IMG/VR virus record: IMGVR_UViG_3300036781_000418
Coordinates: 62,001-126,000 of that record
Reading direction: 5' to 3' (one strand)
Length of the DNA stretch: 64,000 nucleotides
Of the stretch, positions 10,601 through 19,900 are shown piece by piece. A program made the translations under genes and the position numbers. Position 1 is the first letter of the stretch, and the number at the start of each line of letters is the position of its first letter. Below the pieces are notes generated by a model, which made no database searches, was not told the DNA's origin, and saw nothing but the letters and a program-made list of their open reading frames with translations.

Positions 10601-13427
10601 CGGCCCAAAGGGTACCGTTCCAGACGTACAGAACGTTCGTTGGTCGCGAGTACCAGAGGTCGCCGGTGGCTGGGTTGGACGGTGCGGACAGGTCACTGAC
10701 GACGTTGTACACACGGTAGTCCACCTTACCGTAGCCCAGTGGGTAGAACCATAGTAGGCCCTTGTACGGGAGCGACGGTGGAGTTGTCGTGTAGGAACCG
10801 ACGGCCGCGGTCACTGCGTTGTCGGAGCGCTTCACCATCGTGTTTGGGCTCAGCAGCTGGTCACGCAGGTCCAATGAGTCCGTGTACGGTGGAGACATGT
10901 GGCCGTCGTGGTGACGGAGCAGGGTGAGGCCAAGTTCGTCGTCGAAGACCAGACCAGGGGTCAGGCGCGGCGAGATGCCAAGCTGCGGGGCCGTAAGTGG
11001 GAAGCCTGGCACAGCCGCGGTCGTGTCGTACAGGACGGTCTTAACGTCTTGATCCTGCACACGCTGGGTCAACAGGTAGTCCAACAGTCGATCAGTGGAG
11101 GCCGCGTCCGTCACCACCTCAACTTCGCCAAGGTAGTTGACGAAGTGGGTGAAGAACAGGTCGGAAATCGTGTTGAGACCGACTTCGTACTGGACCTTGG
11201 CACCGTCGATCATGGACAGCGGTGTCATGTCCCGCTGCATCAGCAGTGAGGCCAGCAGGTTCTGCAGCTCAGACCACAGCTTGATGGAGCCACCGAACGC
11301 GCGGTTCTCAGTTCCACCTGGAATTTGGTTGGCGATGATACCACGGAAGTGTGAGTACATCGTACCCTCTGGAACCTCGTTGGAGTTGTCCGCCGCAACG
11401 TTGTTGTAGAACATCCGTGGAACGAGCCAAGCACCCTTGTTCTCAGTGTCCGCGTTAGGCCCACCAAAGATGTCTACCAGCGTACCGTCGTCGGCCGTGA
11501 AGACGTAGCGCACGGTCTCCTCACCACCGATGGAGAACGTAAACACATCACCTGCGGTAAATGGGGTTGCCCCAACCGTGATAGTCGCGTCAAACAGACC
11601 GTTAGAGTATGGAGTACCGGCGTTGATCACCGTCAGGTCGGTCGGCGTCGTTGGAAGCTCGCTGGTCTTCGAACCAACCACCTTAAAAGTCGTCGGTGAG
11701 GTGGCGGTCAACGTCCAGATCTGCTGCACCTGGGTTGGATCGGTGGCGGTCACCGTGAGGGCGCCGTCTCCGTTGCCCACGAAGGTCGTCTCAACCACGG
11801 AGGCGGCCTGATAACCAGGGTGCCAGATCGTCTTCAGGTCAGTGCCGTCCTTAAAGAACAGGAGCTCACCGGACTCATCCACCATACCATGGTCGAAGAT
11901 GAAGTCGGCGCTGTCGGTCGTCGTCAGCTTGACACGACGTTGAAGCTGGCCGTCCACAGCGGCCGTAGCATCCTCAACGTAGAAGAAGATGGACGTTGCA
12001 AGCTTGGCCGGCGTGCCGTCGTAACGGTAGAGGTTGAACAGCGGAAGCTGGTCAAAGTCGTACTTACGTTGACCGTAGAAGATCCCAGTTGGAGGTGCTG
12101 GGTTACCGGTGGAATCAACGTGGTTGTTCAGTTCGATGTCCGCCTGAACTTCAATAATTGGGCGAGTCGCTTGGAAGACCTTCGACAGGTCGTATGGGCC
12201 GGACGCGACATCTTCACTGGACAGCCAGAAGTTACCTTCCTGCCAATCGTTCGTGTTGGAGAAAGTTAGACCGTTGGCCGTCCAGCTCCAAGCACCAGCT
12301 GAACCTGACGAGACGTACTGCTGGCCACCGCCCAGCGTGCCGTTGACCACGAAGACGACGTCGTTCACCATCCAAGTTGACACGTCAAAGTCGACCGCCC
12401 GAGTCCAGCCCTGTGCTTGGACGACGTAGATGCCGTTCTCGGCGCCCGTGTTGTCCTTAACAAGGATGCGGTCTCCGGCCTGGAGCAGTACGCCGTCGAT
12501 CGTCTGGTAGACGTTGAGGGTGCGGACGTTGTTGACCTTGCCCTTGACGCCGGTGCTGCCGGTAAAGGTGATGCCGACGGCGGTCGACAGAAACGGTGCA
12601 TCGATCAGGAACTCATCGCCAGCCGCGAAGGACTCAGATCCAGCTGGGTCGCCGTTCTCGTCGAAGATTGCGTCGCGGACAACGTTGAACGTCAGTAGGG
12701 TGACGGTGTTCGTGCCGTCGGACACGGTGAAGTCGATGACCTGGTTGTTCGAGGTCAACGTAAAGTTCTGAGTGACGGGCAGGTAGGCACCAAGGGCACC
12801 GTTCGCCGTGACCGTGCCGGTGGTTGGGGTGTCGAAGTGAACCGTCCACGTCTGTTGGTAGAAGCCGGTACCCGTCAACACGGTGTTTGTGGTCGTCGCG
12901 ACGCGCGCGTTTACCTTGTTCAAGTCACCTGGGGCTGGACGGGCAATGACGAAGTACTCAGGTGCGAGGGTCTCGTTCCAAGTCAGGTCGACGTTCTCCT
13001 GACCAGCCTGAGCCACCCAGTAGTAGTTGAAGAAGTTCGTGAACTTGTTGAGGTCGATCGGTGGCGCGTAGTTGTTACCCTGCGAGTAGAGCCAGCTGGA
13101 CTGGTCCTTAGAGATTCCAAGGACCTCGGCCTTGCGCACGAGGTCCTGCACCGTAAAGGTGTAGGTCTCGGAACCGACCATGAAGGTGATCACTGGAATA
13201 AGGGAGTTGACCTCACGTTCCGAGTTCAACTGCGGCACGGCTGGCGCGCCCGAGTCGGTGACGGGCTGCTTGCCCACGTAGCCGTACAGTGGAACGCTCT
13301 CGTCGCGCGTCATAAACCTGTTGAACAGGTTGTTGAACAGCGACTCGCTCATTGGATTCTTCAACTCCTGTGGGTACAGGGAGTTGAACGTCTGATACGG
13401 CAGGTTGTAGTCTTTGGTGGCCATCAC
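4671..13427 (-). CDS. Giant virion structural protein (2918 aa), baseplate/tail-associated
   Basis: Very long ORF with strong codon bias. Two copies of the IDG..L..GD.IL.....NG.(Y/W) domain, and a DAKIDEYWAYKVAEYG motif I recognise from jumbo-myovirus structural proteins. TAAATA promoter upstream. Confidence 0.85.
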   Translation of the reverse strand: MMATKDYNLPYQTFNSLYPQELKNPMSESLFNNLFNRFMTRDESVPLYGYVGKQPVTDSGAPAVPQLNSEREVNSLIPVITFMVGSETYTFTVQDLVRKAEVLGISKDQSSWLYSQGNNYAPPIDLNKFTNFFNYYWVAQAGQENVDLTWNETLAPEYFVIARPAPGDLNKVNARVATTTNTVLTGTGFYQQTWTVHFDTPTTGTVTANGALGAYLPVTQNFTLTSNNQVIDFTVSDGTNTVTLLTFNVVRDAIFDENGDPAGSESFAAGDEFLIDAPFLSTAVGITFTGSTGVKGKVNNVRTLNVYQTIDGVLLQAGDRILVKDNTGAENGIYVVQAQGWTRAVDFDVSTWMVNDVVFVVNGTLGGGQQYVSSGSAGAWSWTANGLTFSNTNDWQEGNFWLSSEDVASGPYDLSKVFQATRPIIEVQADIELNNHVDSTGNPAPPTGIFYGQRKYDFDQLPLFNLYRYDGTPAKLATSIFFYVEDATAAVDGQLQRRVKLTTTDSADFIFDHGMVDESGELLFFKDGTDLKTIWHPGYQAASVVETTFVGNGDGALTVTATDPTQVQQIWTLTATSPTTFKVVGSKTSELPTTPTDLTVINAGTPYSNGLFDATITVGATPFTAGDVFTFSIGGEETVRYVFTADDGTLVDIFGGPNADTENKGAWLVPRMFYNNVAADNSNEVPEGTMYSHFRGIIANQIPGGTENRAFGGSIKLWSELQNLLASLLMQRDMTPLSMIDGAKVQYEVGLNTISDLFFTHFVNYLGEVEVVTDAASTDRLLDYLLTQRVQDQDVKTVLYDTTAAVPGFPLTAPQLGISPRLTPGLVFDDELGLTLLRHHDGHMSPPYTDSLDLRDQLLSPNTMVKRSDNAVTAAVGSYTTTPPSLPYKGLLWFYPLGYGKVDYRVYNVVSDLSAPSNPATGDLWYSRPTNVLYVWNGTLWAVESNQLLPWTSFSFGSTLNDVLINLEQRLYDGCPPTHHTYFSQADVETALSSDLAPALERELAQWASTNGYDPTAPDYVSTDPFTWNYSGLTVGQTAPLTTSTVPARWYNLLEAHQGTVTGVIPTSRPNIEPWLLVGQATKPVNWDSMWAAPVSPDQVANPINGFTNGGAVAVVTTSPAAFNGLVTIDGYTLVAGDLILITGETIQASNGVWTASSAGWTRNMSASLALKQTFTVTKGYEYSGTVWYVSTAPASIGTDPVVVQQARYWSQAMWSAIAAARPTLKLSVDVTRDMLIPPYVSTVVSSSVNAVTNTLPPTPAASYTFGESSPVETVWTRTIDYRYSLASALFVTDPLTWLRELWGFEWVTVDGIRYDGFDVSMPGHPRFRLHGDPVAAIVRTQPLSVDLITAPTDFTLSIVHDAYDANHKQVFSIYDVNGVYLGTAEEGTATSLAVDGYVITNLLMEDEGRPFRQGDTYTLTGTADGATISMVATPATYYQFRGFGQVFTQALRGFSVDTSAGYAISAYRGWEVNLGYRAGGLVETNDLLVFTDSEVLPESAYELRVKRSPYAADTWAQALRVSVVQLGSYVLSSTGAPIATNDASDWVFRIDGYNSRHLDISYYTYSSNNEVTFKALASAHTDRTWYQPTEITGTVDAQLPLIITGLQNVVDVIYGYTDKLISEGWIFNLSSQNNIDQETGRNRTWQLEIEKLVDRVYAGINLGDGVVMNPFMDHVWIELNQGLLSPFADTALFDVDADPAVYDTLGVKLKTEDLIVMRSNGRAEIWADAPMFGVHAQFDEYEHIFVLANEVNPSTGEGLIYDPFTGARIITLRFNGRKQATATLRPEYGGHYLVGDEVKRNLQASTDMVQGFYDPNKVYEDELSTTHALALLGFTPKDYMADLDLTNRTQFDFWRGLIQLKGTNASIQAFLNNDRFQDAKIDEYWAYKVAEYGDARQKIYPELKIDVDDCVQQFTKLVFDYTPPTAPATGSDFAAFTEVDMDDETRWFSIDDLNGPTTFTADELPTLSQNIDADYMATNGLTFPFQLTLPFIADWRVVDGANVTKLNETTYLVSDFTELTITGWGVSVGKFNPMKLFNYVANEKIDDIVFWHPATGQHTPNALESINIISKLDPARYNVSTLVEGNSNYDPLRPWGAKEVGRVWWDMTRLDYLPYYDKVIFPRVEDRLARWGTLADYAAVDVYEWVESSVSPADYAAQALIDAGDADLDSADKADGVVADAKYYVRDRIWLTRPIAWSYSGVPNGAAHMGGAFGSTDYNSTLYVEAGTSSLGDGLLWLESNTFLERGIVAGMRVGAWNLDPLTPEPLSELTVLSDFTKRLMVDNAGDEELFVMKSVTTSTDGAVAILTLDVTSYTPTIGGLEFLAEPVDTLQLTDNAGTITDLVDVSTFFRVVETETGDFQVISLRVDRGDANDVTPGDYFGATFTTYANQVFSYTVPNFGLRVNVKFMTAGTWNTVTMMEAIVQGLNDMIILHDQVSYQTVVAGSNLPTSLINDQDPTSGTYNGIGWRAWTVPTQQQLDADSRQPNSCWVPFVGPWPVDQVAFNTSITVIQNANFTFTLNDGTEVRSTMSTWSAWRVLADEIFHQVVADTSTVTFEVPDGTALSSISVYINGSAQLAGSYSLSGTTVTLSFVPPVGAEVHLIVRGYVPTTVELAFDPDVTDNVLIQQQYKVDYQHVEVPVRDENGSILSTIYYFWVKDRSSVAQGKKTSVKSMADMLTTGPSTYVTFHDALHQPDNGTSYSYNAIAVAGLNYVVAQDDTFKLRFTRDFTLRDDPHGMDLKDVHTEWTLLRPGQRAVIPAVLWTLLTSTSAGQDAVGNAVPSARRIAYDTRNGTATQFGFATDQALAPQDLVNATLQFTILNTRLVDDSGPTPVPDYITVLDFNESDSWFDTPEHARATMTTIWNGASAAQINELFFAAVEEICAANYTMTDLFKTSRLSVYSIKVVDPVPVAPSYE

Positions 13428-13450
13428 ACTCAGGGAAATTCGCGATGGTC

Positions 13451-13456
13451 TATTTA
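13451..13456 (-). promoter_or_regulatory. T4-like late promoter TAAATA
   Basis: TAAATA ~25 nt upstream of the 13427 start. A gp55 late sigma is encoded in the window. Confidence 0.7.
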
Positions 13457-13499
13457 GAGCTTGACCAAACCTGAGAAAATCACCTCACGAGTTCGCCCG

Positions 13500-13600
13500 T
13501 AGAGGCATTAGCTGACAGATAGTGCAGGTTCATGGTGCGGCGACACGAGAGGTCACCGGTGCGTCCCGAGACGGTGCGGTGTTGAACTCAACACCGCACC
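13500..13600 (-). repeat. Dispersed structured intergenic element, copy 1
   Basis: 13-bp hairpin (13573-13600), TCGTGTCGCCG, then the 34-nt core ATGAACCTGCACTATCTGTCAGCTAATGCCTCTA (13500-13533), which is shared with 39916-39949 and 61691-61724. Confidence 0.85.
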
Positions 13601-13610
13601 CACTTCAGTG

Positions 13611-13982
13611 TCACTCGGCCTCGTTCTTGATCCACTCGAGTGCAAGTTTCAGCTCCTCAATGAAGAGCTCTCCAGCCTCTTCAGCGTTGCTAAAAACCTT
13701 GCCATCCAGCTTGTTAAAGTTGCCGTCCATCTTGTACCAGCTGACCCGTGCACCCACTCGTGTGTCACGTGTCAAATCGTAACACAACGAAATAAACGGC
13801 AGTGGTTCATAAGAATCATTCGATATTACCTCGACAACACCTTGATTGTCCTTTAGCTCGTAGGTAATGGTCTTGTGCTTGAGCATCTTTGCGCAGAGTG
13901 CGGTCGCCTGCTTGGCCACCAACCCCGCGTGAAACTTGGCTTCTTCAAAGCCGTCAGATTCAAATAGTTGAGCTACGTTCAT
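13611..13982 (-). CDS. Putative internal head protein, CTS-like leader family (123 aa)
   Basis: MNVAQLFES leader. Clear paralog of 13979-14329 (LV.KQA.....KM.KH..I.YEL.D..G, WY..DG, EEAG.LF...LKLA). Confidence 0.7.
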   Translation of the reverse strand: MNVAQLFESDGFEEAKFHAGLVAKQATALCAKMLKHKTITYELKDNQGVVEVISNDSYEPLPFISLCYDLTRDTRVGARVSWYKMDGNFNKLDGKVFSNAEEAGELFIEELKLALEWIKNEAE

Positions 13983-14329
13983 GGCTTAGACTGCTCGTTG
14001 TACTCGCTCACCGCCAACTTTAGCTTACGCATGAAAAGCTGACCGGCCTCCTCAACGGTGTCGACAGTTTCAAGGTCGATCTCACCGTCCTGATACCATC
14101 CTACTTCAAACTCAGTGCCTGCGGAATGGTCGTCGCGTTTGATGAACGGCACCTCGTGCTCAACACCTTGCACCAATGTGACTGCGAGGCCTTCTTGGTC
14201 GTCAAGTTCGTAGTTGATCTCTTCATGCTTAATCATCTTTTCCAGATAGACGTTGGCCTGCTTTACGATGAGCTGCATGTGCAGGTGATCGTCTTCGTAG
14301 TCGCTTTCAAGTAGGTGTCGTAGTTTCAT
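13979..14329 (-). CDS. Putative internal head protein, CTS-like leader family (116 aa)
   Basis: MKLRHLLES leader, 4-nt coupled overlaps with both neighbours, paralog of 13611-13982. Confidence 0.7.
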   Translation of the reverse strand: MKLRHLLESDYEDDHLHMQLIVKQANVYLEKMIKHEEINYELDDQEGLAVTLVQGVEHEVPFIKRDDHSAGTEFEVGWYQDGEIDLETVDTVEEAGQLFMRKLKLAVSEYNEQSKP

Positions 14330-14685
14330 TGTTTATCCCCGTCATTGTCGCGCACCTTGTTAACGCGCTCGATCTCGTCCTTAAACACCTTCCAAGCGTC
14401 CGATGATTTTACGAACAGCTGTTCGTCCCAGCCAGTCTTACGCACAATTACCATGTAGTGGCGACCCATGTGGTCGCGCTCGTTCCACGCCATGATTGGG
14501 TAGTCAGAACCGATACGCGGCTGGATGTTAATGACGTGTGCCGTACCTGAGCCCATGTACATAATCCGGTACTCTGGAGCCGGTGCCAGCTTCTTCGCCT
14601 TGATGAGGAACAGCTGCATGTCCTCATCAGCATGTTCTGGAACGGTGCTGTCGACTTCGTCTTCCAAGAGTGAGTTAAGCTTCAT
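14326..14685 (-). CDS. Putative internal head protein, CTS-like leader family (119 aa)
   Basis: MKLNSLLED leader and DEDMQLF helix shared with the family. Translationally coupled. Confidence 0.7.
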   Translation of the reverse strand: MKLNSLLEDEVDSTVPEHADEDMQLFLIKAKKLAPAPEYRIMYMGSGTAHVINIQPRIGSDYPIMAWNERDHMGRHYMVIVRKTGWDEQLFVKSSDAWKVFKDEIERVNKVRDNDGDKQ

Positions 14686-15821
14686 GTTGATCCCTCTCCT
14701 CGGCTGTGCTTGTCGTTCGCCTCTTTGATCAGCTTTAGCAAGTGCACGTAGGCCTCGGTAATGTCGACATAGTGCGCCTCGATTATATCCGACAAACTAA
14801 CAAAGAAGTGCGCAAAGTGGTTGCCGATCCGACGTTTGCTACTAGCCCAGGTTGTAAAACCAATTGACGGAAATGGAACGTGCGAATTGTTGACCGGACG
14901 CAGCGCAAAGATGCCCTCTTTTGTTTTATAAAATTTGTATCGCACCGCGGCTTTTTGATTGATGGCCTTAAGCAACAGCCCCATGTCTTCGTTGTAACCT
15001 TTAACGGTTTCTGAATTGAGTTTATCGCCAAATTCGCTCTCATAAAGTTTGGCATCATTGCACTTGTCAATTTCAACCAACATAAACTTAAGAGCCTCGG
15101 CTACCGTCTTAAACTCAAAGTTAACGTGGCCTGGATGGTGGCTTGGACGCTTAACGGTCACAAAGATGTTCTTGCCATTTTTGCTCCAAAACCTGGTCTT
15201 GCTGTATTGCATTACCGGATATTTTGACGATTTATGTTCAGGAACGATGTCGAAGCTCTTCATGTCATCGTCGTTGCTGCTAATCTTGTACGACACCTTA
15301 GCCCGCTTGTTGATGGCGATGGCTGCGAGGTGCATGTCTTCAATGGTGCCACGGTACTCCTCTTCTGAGTGAGTTGAGGTGGACCTTTGACCTTCATGCA
15401 AGGCGTACACATGGTACGTGATGTTCTTGACGGCGTCAGGCTCCGCGGCCTTGTACTGTGGAAAGTTCTTCTTAAACAGCCGACTGTAGATTCGAGCTCG
15501 CTGTTCACCCTGTGGATCATCTTCGACGCTCCACAGGAACCGCTTTGGATGGTGAAGGTCGATGAACTCCTGAACGGCGGCCGTGAAGAAGCCGAACACC
15601 TCGAGGGCGGCGTGGTCGTTGGTTGGCTTCGCGGACGCGTAGGACGCGGACGAAGACGTGTCGTAGAAGGCGATCTCCCAGGCCTCTTCATCCTCGTTGA
15701 AGTCGCAGACGACGGTGATTGGCCGACCAGCAATCTTCTTACGAACCTTGAACATCGTCGGGGTGTTCTTAACCAGCTCGTAGTTGGCCCGGCCAGGGCT
15801 GAGAATTTCATCGAGCTTCAT
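14682..15821 (-). CDS. Three-module putative internal head protein (379 aa)
   Basis: MKLDEILS start and two internal repeats (EDM.L...AIN..A.V.YK), each preceded by LHE/LYE. Confidence 0.75.
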   Translation of the reverse strand: MKLDEILSPGRANYELVKNTPTMFKVRKKIAGRPITVVCDFNEDEEAWEIAFYDTSSSASYASAKPTNDHAALEVFGFFTAAVQEFIDLHHPKRFLWSVEDDPQGEQRARIYSRLFKKNFPQYKAAEPDAVKNITYHVYALHEGQRSTSTHSEEEYRGTIEDMHLAAIAINKRAKVSYKISSNDDDMKSFDIVPEHKSSKYPVMQYSKTRFWSKNGKNIFVTVKRPSHHPGHVNFEFKTVAEALKFMLVEIDKCNDAKLYESEFGDKLNSETVKGYNEDMGLLLKAINQKAAVRYKFYKTKEGIFALRPVNNSHVPFPSIGFTTWASSKRRIGNHFAHFFVSLSDIIEAHYVDITEAYVHLLKLIKEANDKHSRGEGST

Positions 15822-16188
15822 AGCTCAACCTTTCCTTAAGCAGGTCAAAGAACAGCTTTGACGCGTCTGTAAACCGCAGGAGCCGCGTGTATACACGTCT
15901 ATTGTCAGATCCAGGATGGTTGCACGTGACCACGAAGTGTTTCGGTACAACGCCACGCTGCGCTCGCTCCTCAATGAACACGTTAAGGTTTGGATAACCG
16001 TCGGTCCATTGCGCACTGTTCAAGCTAAGTACTGGACTTCGTGTGGTTCCATTCTGTTGAACTGCATACAGGTTGTTTGTCAACTTACGAGTAAGCTCCA
16101 GCGCCAAGTCCATGTCATCCGCAGCGTCAGCCCATTCGGCTTCGCTCATTCGGTGAACATCGGCTTGTTCGAAGATATCAAGCTTCAT
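15808..16188 (-). CDS. Putative internal head protein, CTS-like leader family (126 aa)
   Basis: Start re-assigned to MKLDIFEQ at 16188, which overlaps the upstream gene end. DDMDLAL helix. Confidence 0.7.
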   Translation of the reverse strand: MKLDIFEQADVHRMSEAEWADAADDMDLALELTRKLTNNLYAVQQNGTTRSPVLSLNSAQWTDGYPNLNVFIEERAQRGVVPKHFVVTCNHPGSDNRRVYTRLLRFTDASKLFFDLLKERLSYEAR

Positions 16189-16537
16189 GCTGTAGCTCCA
16201 AGCGTTCACGGAACGCCTTGAACGCCTCACTTGAGGTCTCGTAGTATTTGAAAAACCTAGAGTTGCCGTCGGTCCAGCCTTCTCTGACTGCGTAGTGCAG
16301 GATAGATCCATCTTTACGCTTACCGTTTTTCTTAAGTATCATGATAGGCTGACCGATAACATGACCAACTGGAACTAGACACATGCTGTCAATTGCCTTA
16401 ACGATGTGAAACTTTCCACCAGCAGCGTTCAAGATGTCACAGCACAGCTGTAGTTGATCAAGTTCGGCTGCCCAGTCCTCTGGGTTCATGGCGTTGAAGA
16501 ATGTTTTGCCGGCCTCGTGCAGTTGATCAAGCTTCAT
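16178..16537 (-). CDS. Putative internal head protein, CTS-like leader family (119 aa)
   Basis: MKLDQLHEA leader and EDWAAELDQLQL..DILN helix similar to both neighbours. Confidence 0.7.
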   Translation of the reverse strand: MKLDQLHEAGKTFFNAMNPEDWAAELDQLQLCCDILNAAGGKFHIVKAIDSMCLVPVGHVIGQPIMILKKNGKRKDGSILHYAVREGWTDGNSRFFKYYETSSEAFKAFRERLELQHEA

Positions 16538-16935
16538 TTCAGCGCCTCAGCTTCCTTGACGTACGTCATAAAGGTTTCCACTACCTCGTTAAGGTTTCCA
16601 GAAATGGATGCTGTAGCCCATCCTCGATGTGAACCTCTATGAGCGGTAAAGTGGGTTGGCGTTGCACCTACATTAACCGTGGTCTTTCTCCAAACCCAAA
16701 TTGTCGGGTAGGTTATCATGGATTTTTTAGGCTCTAGTATGGCGAAGCTGTTCGTTGGTGAATCCTTGTTTACCAACCTGATAATGTACTGGATGCCACT
16801 TAGGCGCTTGTTGAGTACGTCTGCCAACAAATCAAGGTTCTCAAGACCTTTGTGCCAGCTTTCTTTGTCTAGTACCATCACCTGGTTCCGCTGGCGAGCG
16901 CTGGGCTTTCTAACTGGAAGGCGGCCATCAAACAT
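16534..16935 (-). CDS. Paralog of the internal-protein family whose leader appears frameshifted (133 aa)
   Basis: ESWHKGLENLDLLADVLN helix matches the family. An out-of-frame ATG AAA GCT AAC sits at 16948. Confidence 0.65.
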   Translation of the reverse strand: MFDGRLPVRKPSARQRNQVMVLDKESWHKGLENLDLLADVLNKRLSGIQYIIRLVNKDSPTNSFAILEPKKSMITYPTIWVWRKTTVNVGATPTHFTAHRGSHRGWATASISGNLNEVVETFMTYVKEAEALK

Positions 16936-16947
16936 GGTTAGCTTTCA

Positions 16948-19900
16948 TCACTTCACCTGCCGAATGATCGTTGGGGTCAGGGCCTCGACCACGTCGATGT
17001 CCGCCACGGTAGCGGCCGACTGGAGGATCTCGTCGCCACCACACTGGACCGTGAACATGTCACCGAACGAGTTGGTGGAGTACAGCGGCACCAGCACAAC
17101 CGAGGCGATCTCCGTTGGAAGACGCTGGTGCATCAAGGAGATGAGCTCGGTAGCGTAGAACGTCTCGCCAAAGTCCCAGTTACTGATCTCAAAGTACGTG
17201 TTGATGACGTTCAGCAGCTCCTCCTTGACGCGCTCGTTCGTCAAGGACGCTCCAGAGGAGCGTACCACCTTGAACTTAGCGCGGAGCTGAGGCTCAGCTA
17301 GCTGACCAAACATCAGGCGCAGGGAACCAGGGTGGAACACCACCGTGTCGGCCAGCATCTTGTTGGTAAGCAGGTAACCGTATGAGTTGCGCAGCTCCAG
17401 TGGAGTCGGCGGCGTTGGCTTCGTCGTGCTCAACCCACGGACGAACGCGATCATGGAGTCGTAGTAACCTTGGGTCACCACGTAGGCGTCGTGGATGTTC
17501 GTCGACGACGGGTCGATAATGTTGTTGAACGGGGTAAAGTGCTGCCACATGAACGTCAAGCCATCGTCCGTGTTTGGCCCAGGCATCTTCAAGCGACGTC
17601 CCCAAAGGTTGGAGATGTCGGAGAAGGAGCCGTCGTTGGCGAACGACGTGACCGGCTGTCCACCTGAATCCTGAGGAATCGATGGGTACGTGACGGTTGG
17701 ATCACTCAACGCGAAGTATTCGTAGTTGCCCTCGCCAAACGTCTCGAACTGTAGGAGCCGGTCAGGGATCAAGTCACCGGACGAGTCCTCCTGCAGCATG
17801 TCGGACGGTACCACCGAGAGCTGGTTAAAGTCTGGAATGCCCGATGAGTCCTTCACCGCACCAACCACGTCGTAGATCTGCGACTTAGTTAGGTAGGAGT
17901 AGTTTGGGGCGACACCGTACTGGTTGCCAGGCAGGACCTTGATGTTGTCGAAGACGCGCTTCTTCGTTTCGTTGTCGAGGATCTGCTCAGCGTCGTTGTA
18001 CCAGAACTTCGTGGTCGGTGATTCGACGATCAGCGCCAAGTCACGGTAGTTGATCTCGTAGCCAATGACGTTGTTGGACGGTGCTTGGCGCAGCTTGCGA
18101 ATCAAAATGATCCATGAGTGCTGCTTCTGGGACACGTCCGTGTTGTTCAAGTTGAACAGCTGGTCGGCAAACGGTGGCAGGGTAGTGGTTGTATAGTCTG
18201 GGAGCTGGGAGGCGCCCGACAGAATCTCCCACCAGCCGTTCAAGTTGACCGTTGGGCGGCCACTAAACGTGCGTTGGGTCAGGGTACCGTCGATCGCTGG
18301 GTCCATGTCAGAGGCCGTGTCCAGCACAAACGCGTCGCCTGGCTCAAAGGCGGCACCGCCCGTCGTCTGGTTGACCGTGGCGAACATGATCGAGGACGTG
18401 AAGCCGGCCGGTTGAATGTAGATCGCCGAGCCGATGGTGTCCTTGCCCGTCGAGATGGTTCCACGCAGGTTGGAGCGAACCGAAAGGGTCTCGCCGTCGG
18501 CGCCTACTTGAATCGTCCAAACTTCACCCACGTAGTAGGTTGGGCGGACCGCTGGGTCGGCTTCCTGCTTGACGGGCACCTTGTTGTGGACGGTAATCGT
18601 GCCTTCACCAACGCCGGCCGTGTACGGGTTGTAGCGCAGACCGAAGTAGTCTTGGTCAGCGATTGGCTGCAGACCGGAACCGACGTCGCCTGGTGGGTAC
18701 TTGTTGATGCCGTCGATCGTGCGTGGGACGGCGGCCGCGTAGATGCGTGAGTCGTCCTTTGGGTTCAGCGTTGGGTCTGGAATGACGGCCCAAATCTTGT
18801 TGTCTGAGCCTTCGATGAACTCGAGTGGCTCGCCGTACCAGTGACGGTCGATCAGGCCTTGGATAGCCGTCTTCTCCTTCAACGAACCGTCTGGGACGGA
18901 GCCGTCAAGGATGTTGACGAACGCGTTGTTTAGAGTGCGCCACAGTCCAGCACGGTTGTCCTCGATGAAGACACGACGTGGTGGAGCGACGACCCCTTGG
19001 AGCAGTGGATCCGCCGCACCGATGTGAACCAGCATGTTGATCACGCCGGTGTCGTTGAGCAGCGGCTCGATGACGTTGTCGATCAACGCCTGCCCAGTGG
19101 TCGACACGGTGGTCGAGTTCAGGGTGAGGTTGTAGCGCATGGACAGGTCGTCACCGAACAGCTTGACGTTCTCGTACTGTCCCGACGCATCGTTCCAGTC
19201 AATGTACTTTGGCTGACCCGCAAACGTGCGGTTGACCGTCTTCAGACGGAGAATTGACGGGTCGCGTAGTGGGAAGGTGTTGTAGTCCTGCCCATTGACC
19301 ATGCGGTTCTGGGCGTAGTACGTGGCTGGAGCGGACTGACGGATGTGCTCGATCGTCTCCGAACCGGCGCCGTTCTGCAGGGTCGTCGTCAGGGAAAACG
19401 TGAGGGCGCACGTCTCGGTGTTACCGTTGGTCGCGGTGTAGGTGAACGACAATGGTTGGTTGACCACCTTGTTCTTCTGCACGACGACGGCCTTGTTGAT
19501 GGACTGCCGCATCCAGAACCGGAAGGAACCCTGTGGGGCCTCCGAGAAGTCACCGTCACCGAACAGGATGGCGATCTGGTCGTTCTCCAGCGTGTCCACT
19601 TCGTACTTAAAGCGGGTGGAGCGGTCGTCGTTGAAGATGAGGTTCTGCTCGGCCACCGTATCAACTTCGGTCCAACGTTCGGCGATCTCACCTTGGTCGT
19701 TCAGGCGCTGCACCCAGACGTCGGTTGAGTTGACGTTGTTTGGCAGGAACTCAAGGCGGCGATTCGGCAGCTTGTCCGTGATGTCGTACTCGATGCGGGT
19801 GATGGTGCCCTGCTTCGTGAAAGCCAGGAAGCCGGTGTAGTCGGAGCCGTCGCCCACTCCGTCGTTCGCGTAGATGATGGTAAACGGTGAGTTCAAGTCT

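Noticed and set aside
6-13457. Many 60-250 aa ORFs on the plus strand or in alternate minus frames (e.g. 1019-1768, 12837-13457)
   Set aside because: They are shadow ORFs caused by strong GC3 codon bias, lie entirely over long genuine genes, and show no recognisable motifs.
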